Assembly (NCBI GenBank): GCA_963664225.1
Contig: OY760937.1
Location: 3,712,001 to 3,776,000, forward strand
From: Verrucomicrobiia bacterium
Lineage (GTDB): Bacteria; Verrucomicrobiota; Verrucomicrobiia; Limisphaerales; UBA1319
Direction of reading: 5' to 3'
Length of the DNA: 64,000 bases
Part shown: positions 32,001 through 40,308 of the stretch, one piece after another
Numbering within the stretch: position 1 is the first letter of the stretch
Layout of the letters: each line of letters opens with the position of its first letter
Made by a program: the position numbers and the translations under genes
The notes under the pieces: generated by a model
What the model was told of the DNA's origin: nothing
Databases searched by the model: none
What the model saw: only the letters and a program-made list of their open reading frames with translations

Positions 32001-32346
32001 CACTCAGGTATTCGAGCACGCGGCTGCGCGCCCAGTAGGGATCCGTGCCGTCCTCAAAAATGACATACACGAATGAGAAGCCGTAGAACGAATAGCCGCG
32101 CACCACTTTTGCCTTGGGCACCGAGAGCATCTTGGTGGTGAGCGGATAGGTGACCTGATCCTGGACGATCTGCGGCGCCTGACCGGGCCACTCGGTATAG
32201 ACGATGACCTGCACGTCGGACTGGTCAGGGATGGCATCCAGCGGGATGTTCTTGAGCGCATAAAGCCCCCCCATCACCAGCAGGATCGTTCCCAGCAGGA
32301 CGATGAACTTGTTCTTAAGCGAAAAATCGATGATGCCTTTAAGCAT
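29059..32346 (-). CDS. cusA: CusA-type heavy-metal efflux RND transporter (Cu/Ag subgroup)
   Basis: DAIPD, GPDATGVGW, GAMVDA, RVRPKAMT. Met residues in LYMP, PFDMVET and RIDMLATG match the CusA Met triad. Confidence 0.93.
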   Translation of the reverse strand: MLKGIIDFSLKNKFIVLLGTILLVMGGLYALKNIPLDAIPDQSDVQVIVYTEWPGQAPQIVQDQVTYPLTTKMLSVPKAKVVRGYSFYGFSFVYVIFEDGTDPYWARSRVLEYLSGLSGRLPAGVSPSLGPDATGVGWAFMYSINSTNRDLAELRSMQDWYLRYQLASVEGVAEVASVGGFIKQYQVTVDPTKLRAYNLSISEVAMAVKRSNGEVGGRSIELSEKEFILRVRGYIEKLDDLRKVAVGVGDKGVPILLGQVANVELGPDMRRGIAELNGEGETVAGVVVVRYGANARQVILDVKKRLDEAMKGLPADVKYTVVYDRSALIDRAVKTLEEKLIEESIVVALVCIAFLMHLRSAFVAILILPIAVLMSFLVMYGQGISSNIMSLGGIAIAIGAMVDAVIIMIENAHKHMEHDQGKKPHWDIIRDASIEVGPTLFYSLLVITVSFIPVFTLQAQEGRLFKPLAFTKTYSMGAAALLSITLAPILMGFFIRGKIPAEEKNPINRLLIWLYHPVIDFVIKWRWPVVFSAAALVVWVFLPWNMIAAKVLPDGKAKDWAFKVGKIFPYQNIGSEYMPPMYEGDLLYMPTTFPGISPTKAREVLQTTDRMIRRFPEVQNVFGKVGRAESATDPAPFDMVETTIMLKPEDEWPEVDIKDDIGNVIAHRRRTPDELTDAMNAAVQIPGLNNAWTMPIKTRIDMLATGIKTPVGIKVAGPNLAELERVASEIEAVVKGVPGTLSAFAERTMGGNYIEFNIDRDAIARYGLTVADVQDVLEVALGGMPLTTTVEGLERYAVNLRYSRDFRENLGALREIVVPTPTGAQIPLGQLAKIETVHAPMGIKSEAATPNAWIYVDVKGIDIGTYVQMAMRAVNEATANGMIKLPSGYNIFWSGQYEYMLRSQQRLMIVVPLTLLLIVLIIYLNTRSAIKTAIVMLAVPFSLVGAIGILALLHYNLSVAVWVGIIALAGLDAETGVVMLLYLDLAFDDSKKRGLMRNVTDLRDAIYHGAVKRVRPKAMTACVIIAGLAPILWSQGSGADIMKRIATPMVGGVVTSTMMELLVYPAIYFLWRSQSIKRLPTTGSNPQPEPKPLEP

Positions 32347-32363
32347 AAGTGGCGGGCTTCGTG

Positions 32364-34349
32364 TTAATGTTGCTGAGGCATCGTGTCAGCGATTGGCGGA
32401 GCGCTCGAATGTTGTTTGCGCCAGGTCTCCTCAGCGACTTTCCCATGGGCCACTGTGCTGGTGGCGACCAATTCCATCTCGCATTTGGGGCATTTGCCGG
32501 GTTTGTCCGAAACCACGTCCGCGTGGGACGCCATCGGGCAGGTGTAAAGCGTGACGGGGATGGACGACGTGGGTTGAACTTTCTCAACAACCGGCTGGTT
32601 TGTGGCGGTGTTTAAAATGGGCGCCGCCTGCATCACGGGAATCAACGTCATGTCGCACCGGGGGCACTTGCCCGGTTTGTCCATGTGAACATCGTTGTGT
32701 TCGGGCATGGGGCAGGTGTAATAGAGCAATTGGCCGCCGGGTTGAAGATTCTTCAAGGTGGCAGCGGTTATAGGCACGAGTGTCATTCCGCAGATGGAGC
32801 ACTTGCCTGAATGATCGTACTGGATTGAAACGTGCTCCGGCATTGGGCAGATGTACTTCACAGAAACATCAGAACGGGCGGCGTTGGTAACATTGAGTGC
32901 GGTTGACATCCCATCGTGGGCCGCCTGCGTCAGAGGTTCATTTTCGCCGGGCAAATTGGGATTGGGGCGAAGCATTTTCTGGATCGCCTCCCGAAGCTGG
33001 CTTTCCGAATCGAGCATGAACTGGCCGGAAGTGACGATCCGTTCGCCTTCCTTGAGTCCGCTGATCACCTGGTACATGTCGTTCTCGGCCTGGGGGCCCA
33101 GGATGAGGGTGCGGGGTTCAAACTTCCCGGCGTCGAGGGCCACAAAGACCGTGTTCTTCTCACCACTGCGCAGGATGGCCATATCGGGAACCAACAGCAC
33201 GGAAGGGTCCAATTCAGAGGAGACCTGGACTGTCGCAAACATGCCCGGTTTTAGATAATAGCCCGGGTTGTGAAATTCCATCCGCACGCGCGCTGTCCGG
33301 GTCTTTTCATCCACGTTGGGATAGATGTAGGTGACCCTTCCGCGGAACTCTCGGTCGGAGAGATAGGACAGCGTGACAGTGGCTTCCTGTCCCAGCTTCA
33401 CATAGGAGAGGTCCTGTTCATAAACCTGGGCCTGCACCCAGACCAGACCCAAATCCGCCAGCCGATAGATCTTCATGCCGGGTTCCACCATCTGGCCTTG
33501 AACCACCATTTTTTCCACTATAAAACCATCCATTGGAGCGAGGATGCGCAGGGTTTTGCTGGGCTGGCCGGTGCGGTCCAGGTCGGCAATTTGAGCGTCG
33601 GAGATGTCATAAAACTTCAGCTTGGTCAACGCGCTGATTTTGAGGGCCGTGGCGCCAGGCGCATTTGTTCCCTGCTCCCTGGCGAGCAAGTATTCCCGCT
33701 GAGCGCTGTAAAGTTCCGGGGAATAAATCTCGAACAACGGATCGCCGCGATGGACCTGCTGGCCGGTGGCGTCCACGTAAAGTTTCTCGATCCAACCTTT
33801 AAACTTGGTGGTCACATCCTCCTGTGAGGTTTCGTTGTAATCGATGGCGCCCACAGTGCGAATGACCCGGCGCAATGGACCGCGGGTGACCTTTGCCGTG
33901 CGGATGCCCATGTTTTGGATGGTGACGGAGTCGATCTCGATGGTTTGCGACTGGGCGGCAGAGGCCTCGTCGTCATAGACCGGGACCATCTCCATGCCCA
34001 TCGCGTCCTTGCCGGGTGTCTGCCGCACTTCGCCCGGTGTCATCGTGGACTTGTAGTATTTAATCTTGCGCTCGCCGGTGTTTGTTGCGGGCGCGTTGGT
34101 GGTTCCAGAGGTTCCGGCCTGCTTGCGGATCGGCGTGAGTTTCATTCCGCAGATCGGGCAATTACCCGGTTTATCCTGGATGACCTGGGGATGCATGCCG
34201 CAGGTGTAAAGGGTTTTGGCCGCCTCAGCGTTTGCGACAGGCCCCTGCGCACGCCCACAACCCGTAACTAAGAGACCAGCGCCGACAGTCATCAACAAAG
34301 CCAGCGTGCATAGAACCGGCCATTTCCAATTCAGGGTCTTGCATTTCAT
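32364..34349 (-). CDS. cusB: CusB-type RND periplasmic adaptor with multiple heavy-metal-binding domains
   Basis: GWIEKL, IYSPEL, LKPGMFA, SGQFMLDSESQL core plus four Y(T/I)CxM...CxxCxMxL motifs. Confidence 0.9.
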   Translation of the reverse strand: MKCKTLNWKWPVLCTLALLMTVGAGLLVTGCGRAQGPVANAEAAKTLYTCGMHPQVIQDKPGNCPICGMKLTPIRKQAGTSGTTNAPATNTGERKIKYYKSTMTPGEVRQTPGKDAMGMEMVPVYDDEASAAQSQTIEIDSVTIQNMGIRTAKVTRGPLRRVIRTVGAIDYNETSQEDVTTKFKGWIEKLYVDATGQQVHRGDPLFEIYSPELYSAQREYLLAREQGTNAPGATALKISALTKLKFYDISDAQIADLDRTGQPSKTLRILAPMDGFIVEKMVVQGQMVEPGMKIYRLADLGLVWVQAQVYEQDLSYVKLGQEATVTLSYLSDREFRGRVTYIYPNVDEKTRTARVRMEFHNPGYYLKPGMFATVQVSSELDPSVLLVPDMAILRSGEKNTVFVALDAGKFEPRTLILGPQAENDMYQVISGLKEGERIVTSGQFMLDSESQLREAIQKMLRPNPNLPGENEPLTQAAHDGMSTALNVTNAARSDVSVKYICPMPEHVSIQYDHSGKCSICGMTLVPITAATLKNLQPGGQLLYYTCPMPEHNDVHMDKPGKCPRCDMTLIPVMQAAPILNTATNQPVVEKVQPTSSIPVTLYTCPMASHADVVSDKPGKCPKCEMELVATSTVAHGKVAEETWRKQHSSAPPIADTMPQQH

Positions 34350-34375
34350 AAATAGTGATTGGTTTGCCGGTAAAA

Positions 34376-35785
34376 TTACATCCCTCCGGTCTGTTTCTTT
34401 GGTGTTGCGGGATTGCCGCCAGACATACCGGGAGACTTTGAATCTGTGGCAGAATTGGATGGTGGCATGCCCACGATGATCAGCGAGAGTTCAGCCAGGG
34501 TGATCTCGCGCTGCATGGTCGCTTCGACCTGGTCCAACTCAAAATTTAGCAAGGTTCGTTCCGCATCGGTCAGATTGAAAAAATCGATTTGACCGCCAAG
34601 ATAACCTGAGCGAGCCACCTCCAGGGAAAGACGGGCTTTGGGCAACAATTGGTCAATGAGCAGGGCCAGGTTTCGCGTGGCCTCCCGATACTGGAAACTT
34701 CTGTCTGCAAAATTCACAGCCAGCGCAATTTGCTCGTCAGAAAGGCGCGCTTCAGCAGAACGTTTATTGGCTTGAGCCTCCGCGATTTGCGCCGCGATCT
34801 TGTCCCGCCAGATTGGCAGCGTCATCGTGCCCAGGGGACGATAGAGCGTCGGGTCCATCTGCGCGTCGGCCATGAGCCCCAGACTGAAATCAGGCCTGCG
34901 CGCGTTGCGAGCCAGCATTACCGAAACATCCGCCGCGCGCACCTCGGCCTCCAGGGCTTTGAGCCGGGTATTTTGAGCCATTGCGGTCTCAAGAAGCTTG
35001 TCGGAAGTCAAATCCAGGGGTGTGGATTCGAAGTTTCTTGGGATTGGAGGGGTTGAATCATGAGCTTTCAGCCCCAACGCCGCCTTGAATTGCGCCAGGA
35101 ATGAGTTGCGCGAATCCTCAAGATTGTTGATCTCCGTCGCGAGACGGGCCTGCTCGATTTGCGCGCGGAGCACATCCTGCAAAGTCACCTTGCCCACTTC
35201 GTTTTGCGCGCGGGCAAGCTTTTCCAGTCCTGCCAGCAGATTGAAGTTCTCGCGATTGACGTGGATTTTCTCCTCGAGAAAGAAAAGCTGGTAATAGGTC
35301 TTCTTCACATCGAAGGCACTCTTCAGGACCGCCGACTGAAACGCGTAATATTTGGCCTGGCTTTCAGCCGACGCCACCCCGGCTCCAGCGCGGAGCTTGC
35401 CCAGCCACGGAAAATTGGCCATCAGCCCCGGCATGATGGAAGTGACGACATTCTGGATATCCATCTGAAACGTCAACTGCGGGTCGGGAAGCGAACGGGC
35501 CGTGGTGATGCGTTCCACCGAAGCCGCCCAGTCGTAATAGGCCGCCTCGACACCCGGCTGATTCAGAAGGGCGAATGTTAAATAATCGCCCAGGCTGGAA
35601 TTGGTCGTTAGAACCGGAAGAGCGGGTTTTTGGTTATTTGGACGATAATTATTACCAGCTTCCTGAATTTGCCGCCGCGCATCCTTTTCTGCCCGGGTCG
35701 GGACTCCTTTGCAACCGGCAAGGGCAAAAAGCGCCACCCCCAGGAAGCCAGCCGTCGTTAAATAAAGTGCCCTCGTGAACCTCAT
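34376..35785 (-). CDS. TolC-family outer-membrane factor (lipoprotein)
   Basis: Lipobox LAGC; SLPDP, DVLRAQ and LPIWR motifs; first gene of the CBA operon. Confidence 0.9.
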   Translation of the reverse strand: MRFTRALYLTTAGFLGVALFALAGCKGVPTRAEKDARRQIQEAGNNYRPNNQKPALPVLTTNSSLGDYLTFALLNQPGVEAAYYDWAASVERITTARSLPDPQLTFQMDIQNVVTSIMPGLMANFPWLGKLRAGAGVASAESQAKYYAFQSAVLKSAFDVKKTYYQLFFLEEKIHVNRENFNLLAGLEKLARAQNEVGKVTLQDVLRAQIEQARLATEINNLEDSRNSFLAQFKAALGLKAHDSTPPIPRNFESTPLDLTSDKLLETAMAQNTRLKALEAEVRAADVSVMLARNARRPDFSLGLMADAQMDPTLYRPLGTMTLPIWRDKIAAQIAEAQANKRSAEARLSDEQIALAVNFADRSFQYREATRNLALLIDQLLPKARLSLEVARSGYLGGQIDFFNLTDAERTLLNFELDQVEATMQREITLAELSLIIVGMPPSNSATDSKSPGMSGGNPATPKKQTGGM

Positions 35786-36706
35786 GGAAAATATTATATT
35801 TAGTATATGTGAATAAGAAAGCTAACATTAAGGCGAGAATGGTGGGCATCCATCGCTTGTGGTTGTTTCAGTCCCAAAAGATCGATCACGGCTTCTTGCA
35901 CAAAAATATTCATCGAAAGATGAACCGGCCTTTAATGGTGGTCCTGGGGGGGCGTCGCAGCGCTGCCCTGATCAGATGATCCGCAATCGACGGTAAGAAT
36001 CATCATGCCCGTCAAAAGCACGCCGAAAAGGAGGAATTTTGGATCTTCCAACATAATTGTGTTATTTTAGCGATTTCAACCGATATGCCGATCAACAGGG
36101 CCTCGACAAAAATCCAAGCTTCGCCTGGATGCCTGAGAAAGCTTTCCAAATTGTGTCGCTGACTGGCACGCTCTTTATACGCGGCCCCATGGAATATCCC
36201 TCAAAGTATTTGTAATGGAAATTAATTCTATCGATTGTTGTCACAACAAGGATCGAGTTTTAATGGCATGGAATGCCGCAAATCATGACAACATGATCAG
36301 CGAGCACGCCGTCAGGATTGCAGAAAGCAGGGCTTTTTTCCAGATTGCCAATTGCAATATAGAAAATTCGGCAGTCGTAAGCGGGAATGTCCGGACTTCA
36401 TCTGCCGCTTTAAATTCAAATTGCGGCCCTGTTTGCCACGCCAAGAGCATCGACAAAGCATCGATTGTTCACATGCCGACTCTCTCCATTAGGGACGCGA
36501 TTGTGGTCTGCGGACTGCGAGTTTATTCCCGGTGGACGTTTCCGTTGTTCACTGAGCAAGAACATCCCACTGTGGTTGTCTTGGGTTTGTTAATCTGGGA
36601 GCGGCCGCGAATAAAGGTCCAGTTTGCGATGTTTCAGATATGCAGTTGAATCACTGCGGCGAGACTTGGCAACCGAGGACAGCATCCAGTAACTTGTCAG
36701 ACGATA

Positions 36707-38206
36707 ATGGAACGCAACGATATTGACCGGCAGGCCCTGTTCGGGAAGCGCCTGGACGAGAAGGCCCAGCACTCGCCGATCGCCGGCGATGAAGGTCCGG
36801 GCTCCGCTGCGTTCGCGTCCCAGACTCCGGGCCAGCCGTGCAAAGGCCGCGCCTCCAGTGTTTTTGTATTCAACCCCTTTTCCGAGGGGCATATCGCGCA
36901 CGGACAGTCCTTCACTCCCGTAAAGCACCAGGCGAAGCTCGCCGAAGATCTGGCCAACCTGCCGCAATTCCTCTGTCAGTCGGGCGATATTGTGCTCTTG
37001 GCGAAGCGACCATCGGCGGGCTTTCTAAACGACCTCAAGCAAGCCGGATTTCCGTTGCCGGAGTTCGTCGAGCTTCGAGAAGGGCGCATCGATCCTGCCG
37101 ATAATCTCAGTCAGCGAAAGTTAAGCCGTTTGCGGCCTTGGGCTTGGGGGCCGGACAGTGTCAAATTGTTCGAGCCGCTCCTTGCACGGGTGGCCTGCGA
37201 AACGCGAGTCGCAAACCAATATTTCAATGACGACATCGCCCGTCTTTATTCCAAGGCCTGGAGCGCGGATTTTCTAAGGAAGGTCTTGGATCGTCGCCGC
37301 CTTGGCGCTGGGATCGCCGAATCCTGGCTTTGCTCTAAGCAGGAGGCTGGCATCGCGGTGGACAACTTTGAGGATGCGCTTGGGGCCATCGCCACCATTC
37401 GTCGCCGTGGTCATCATCGCGTGGTGGTCAAAGAAGCGCTCGGCCTGGCGGGACACAATGCCATCCGACTATGGGAGCCGGAGCTGTTGGCGGCGCAGCG
37501 GCAGTGGCTGATTCATGCCCTGGAGGCCGGACGTCAACTGGTCGTTGAACCCTGGCTGGAACGCGAGTTGGACTTCTCTGTACAGTTGGAAATGGGGTCG
37601 CGCGACCTCAGGCTCTGCGGCTATACCGGCCTGGTCAACGATCGCAAGGGGCAATTCCTGGCCAACTGGGCGGAGGCCGGTTATAGCCGGTGCCTGCCTG
37701 CAAAAGTGGTCGCCTTATCCCATGCGCAGACCGATATTTCGGAACAACTTCAACGCCTCTACGGCGAAATCATTTCCGTGCTCGAAGCGGAATTGCAACG
37801 CGCCGGCTTTATCGGACCGATCAGTATCGATGCCTTCGTTTATCGCACGCCACTGGGGGACTGTCGGCTCAAGCCCGTAGTGGAAATTAATCCCCGTTAC
37901 ACGATGGGGCGTCTGACGTTGGAGCTGATGAAGCACACCTGTCCCGGAAGCAGTGGCCTCTTCCGCCTGGTCACTCACACCCAGGCGCGCACTGAAGGAT
38001 TTGCCGATCTTTCCAGCTACGCCCGTTCCTTGGGCGAGAGCCATCCGCTGCGTCTCGAGGGTGAACCATTGCCAAAAATCCGCCGTGGAGCCCTTTGCTT
38101 GAACGATCCCGTCGCGGCACAGGTTTGCCTCGCAACGCTCACGGTCAGTCCCACATTGAACTGGCCCGGTTCACTCAGCGGCATTGAACCCCAGCCCACC
38201 CATTAA
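36707..38206 (+). CDS. ATP-grasp-like protein of unknown function; start uncertain, possibly 5'-truncated
   Basis: VVVKEALGLAG, VVEPWLER..DFSVQ, GPISIDAF, VEINPRYTMG. Confidence 0.7.
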   Translation: MERNDIDRQALFGKRLDEKAQHSPIAGDEGPGSAAFASQTPGQPCKGRASSVFVFNPFSEGHIAHGQSFTPVKHQAKLAEDLANLPQFLCQSGDIVLLAKRPSAGFLNDLKQAGFPLPEFVELREGRIDPADNLSQRKLSRLRPWAWGPDSVKLFEPLLARVACETRVANQYFNDDIARLYSKAWSADFLRKVLDRRRLGAGIAESWLCSKQEAGIAVDNFEDALGAIATIRRRGHHRVVVKEALGLAGHNAIRLWEPELLAAQRQWLIHALEAGRQLVVEPWLERELDFSVQLEMGSRDLRLCGYTGLVNDRKGQFLANWAEAGYSRCLPAKVVALSHAQTDISEQLQRLYGEIISVLEAELQRAGFIGPISIDAFVYRTPLGDCRLKPVVEINPRYTMGRLTLELMKHTCPGSSGLFRLVTHTQARTEGFADLSSYARSLGESHPLRLEGEPLPKIRRGALCLNDPVAAQVCLATLTVSPTLNWPGSLSGIEPQPTH

Positions 38207-38208
38207 CC

Positions 38209-39123
38209 ATGCAGAAACTTATCATCATACTCGGGACAAATGCTTCCGGAAAGAGCGATCTCGGGATTCGCCTGGCCGGGCATTTCGGTGGCGAAATTAT
38301 CTCCGCCGATTCCCGTCAGGTCTATCGCGGCCTCGACTTGGGCAGCGGCAAGATAACACCGGCTCAAGCCGCCACGGTCAAACACCACCTCATCGATGTC
38401 GCCGATCTCTCCGAATATTACTCGCTGGCGCAATATCAACGGGATGCTTACAGCGCCATCGACTCCATTTCCGGTGCCGGGAAAATGCCCCTGCTCGTTG
38501 GTGGAACCGGCCTATACATCAGTGCCATCGTCGAAGGTTATCAACTGGTGGATGTCCCGCCAAACGACTCGTTGCGTGCCGAGCTCGAGTCTCTTGCCCT
38601 CCCTCAATTGGTCGAGCGTCTTGAAAAATCGGATCCGGACGCGGCCAGCCGCATCGACAAAAGCAATGGACGCCGGCTCATACGGGCCATCGAAATCGCT
38701 TCCGCCGGTTACACAGGCTCTGAGGCCCGGGAGAAATCGCCCCGATACAATTGCCTTCAACTCGGGTTGACCTGGCCACGCAACATCCTCGAGGAAAGAA
38801 TCGGAAAACGCCTCCATGAGCGCATGGCCAATGGAATGATCGACGAGGTCGCCGCACTCCGTGCCAGCGGCGTGTCCGACATCAGGCTCGACAAACTCGG
38901 CCTGGAGTACCGTTACATCACGAGGTACCTTCGAGGAGAGTTGCGCACCGTGGACGAGCTTTTCGCCCAGCTCGAAATTGCCATACGCCAGTTCGCCAAA
39001 GGCCAATTCACCTGGTTTAAGCGGGACAGCAGAATCATTTGGCTGGACCCCTTCAAAGACTATTTCCAGGAAGCCTGCCACCGCATCGGAGAATGGGAGC
39101 AAAAACTCCCATCGGCACCATAA
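38209..39123 (+). CDS. miaA: tRNA dimethylallyltransferase
   Basis: GTNASGKS P-loop, ISADSRQVYRGLDLGSGK, HHLID, VGGTGLY, FAKGQFTWF. Confidence 0.92.
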   Translation: MQKLIIILGTNASGKSDLGIRLAGHFGGEIISADSRQVYRGLDLGSGKITPAQAATVKHHLIDVADLSEYYSLAQYQRDAYSAIDSISGAGKMPLLVGGTGLYISAIVEGYQLVDVPPNDSLRAELESLALPQLVERLEKSDPDAASRIDKSNGRRLIRAIEIASAGYTGSEAREKSPRYNCLQLGLTWPRNILEERIGKRLHERMANGMIDEVAALRASGVSDIRLDKLGLEYRYITRYLRGELRTVDELFAQLEIAIRQFAKGQFTWFKRDSRIIWLDPFKDYFQEACHRIGEWEQKLPSAP

Positions 39124-39142
39124 GATCAGTAGGTGGACGTCC

Positions 39143-39643
39143 TCACTGAAATGCTTTTCCACCCAGGAGCCTGGTTATGGCTGCCGTGTATGCCGAGAAC
39201 TCCTTTGTCACATGCGGGCTGCCATTCGGTTTGCCAGACCGGCCAGGATAACTGTTGCAGCCGTGTGTCTCCAAGGTGCGGTCATGATACTGGATTGAAA
39301 GCGACCAGTTTGTGCCATCACAGATGTGAGGATCTGTATAATCGGCACGCCACTGCCAAATATTGGCGTCATCCAGCGCGCGACGAAATTCCCGCCATTG
39401 CTGGGCCGTCGGAGTGATCTTCACGGCTTTGGACTTCCGGGACTCAGAAGACACCGAATAAAACAGGCTGCCCTTCCGCAGTCTAACGCCGTAGGAATTT
39501 CCAAAGTAGCCGCCAATGTATGCTGTGAAACTCGCTGGAATATCGTTCGTTTCTGCGGCAACGGACGAGTCCCGGATGACAGCACCCAGACAGGCGATCG
39601 CCGAAGCCACAGGGATCAGGATTTCTATAATCATATCATGCAT
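39143..39643 (-). CDS. Hypothetical exported protein
   Basis: Hydrophobic N-terminus; W...Y..P.ICDGTNWS...GCNSYP. Confidence 0.6.
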   Translation of the reverse strand: MHDMIIEILIPVASAIACLGAVIRDSSVAAETNDIPASFTAYIGGYFGNSYGVRLRKGSLFYSVSSESRKSKAVKITPTAQQWREFRRALDDANIWQWRADYTDPHICDGTNWSLSIQYHDRTLETHGCNSYPGRSGKPNGSPHVTKEFSAYTAAITRLLGGKAFQ

Positions 39644-40151
39644 CCGTTTGTTCCACGGCAGCGCTGCTGAACGTGTGCGGTCCAATCGGCCAAATGCAGA
39701 AAGATGAGCCACCGCCGATTCGCGACGTGAACCGCGACACCGGAACGAGATGGCCAACGGCGGCAGGCTTCTGAGACACTTTTTCTGGCATCATAGTCCC
39801 GATTTCGATGTGTAGTTCCATAATAAATCCATGTCTCTACTCAATCTCAAAGCAATTAGAATCGAGTGATCGCTGGGTGTCAGATTTCACAACCTTTCTT
39901 TTGGACGTCGTCACCAATATCGGTTTACGGGGCCAGAAAGGACGCATAATATGCTCCCCGAGGCCTATCTGCGCTCTCTTATCGATTTGAACAATAGACG
40001 TCTAAATGTGGATATTATCGATCCGCAGGTCACTTTGGCATGACCTAATCTTCACATAAAAATCTGCCAAATGCGTCTCCATCCAACCCTAAAAGTTGCA
40101 AATTCTGATGCGAACTTAGGAGTGTTTTCTCACTCGATGACATGCATGAGG

Positions 40152-40227
40152 TGGTGGGCCCAGCCGGATTTGAACCAGCGACCAAGCGATTATGAGTCGC
40201 CTGCTCTAACCGCTGAGCTATGGGCCC
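40152..40227 (-). tRNA. tRNA-Ile2 (CAT anticodon, lysidine type)
   Basis: GGGCCCATAGCTCAGCGGTTAGAGCAGGCGACTCATAATCGCTTGGTCGCTGGTTCAAATCCGGCTGGGCCCACCA, 76 nt with encoded CCA. The anticodon arm matches ileX-type tRNAs rather than tRNA-Met. Confidence 0.93.
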
Positions 40228-40277
40228 AACTAATTGAATTGCAATGACTTAAGCGTGGTCAAAAATAGCCAATTTGA

Positions 40278-40303
40278 CAATCTGATACTGCAATCTGATA
40301 CTG
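40278..40303. repeat. Perfect 13-bp tandem repeat, candidate integrase arm-type sites
   Basis: CAATCTGATACTG x2 between the tRNA 5' end and the integrase ATG. Confidence 0.65.
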
Positions 40304-40308
40304 CTTGG

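Noticed and set aside
29659..32076. 805-aa plus-strand ORF and other long antisense ORFs (111..1403, 10112..11266, 16126..17037, 23997..24890)
   Set aside because: Shadow frames opposite well-supported genes in GC-rich DNA, with no recognisable motifs.
35800..36700. ORFs 36215..36649 and neighbours
   Set aside because: No recognisable motifs or consistent frame; probably decayed or intergenic DNA.
26850..40150. Metal-resistance region as an island integrated at the tRNA 3' end
   Set aside because: I found no duplicate of the tRNA 3' end and no integrase on that side. It remains possible but unsupported.
40152..40227. Calling the CAT tRNA as tRNA-Met
   Set aside because: It lacks initiator features (C1:A72 mismatch, three G:C anticodon-stem pairs) and closely resembles ileX-type tRNA-Ile2.
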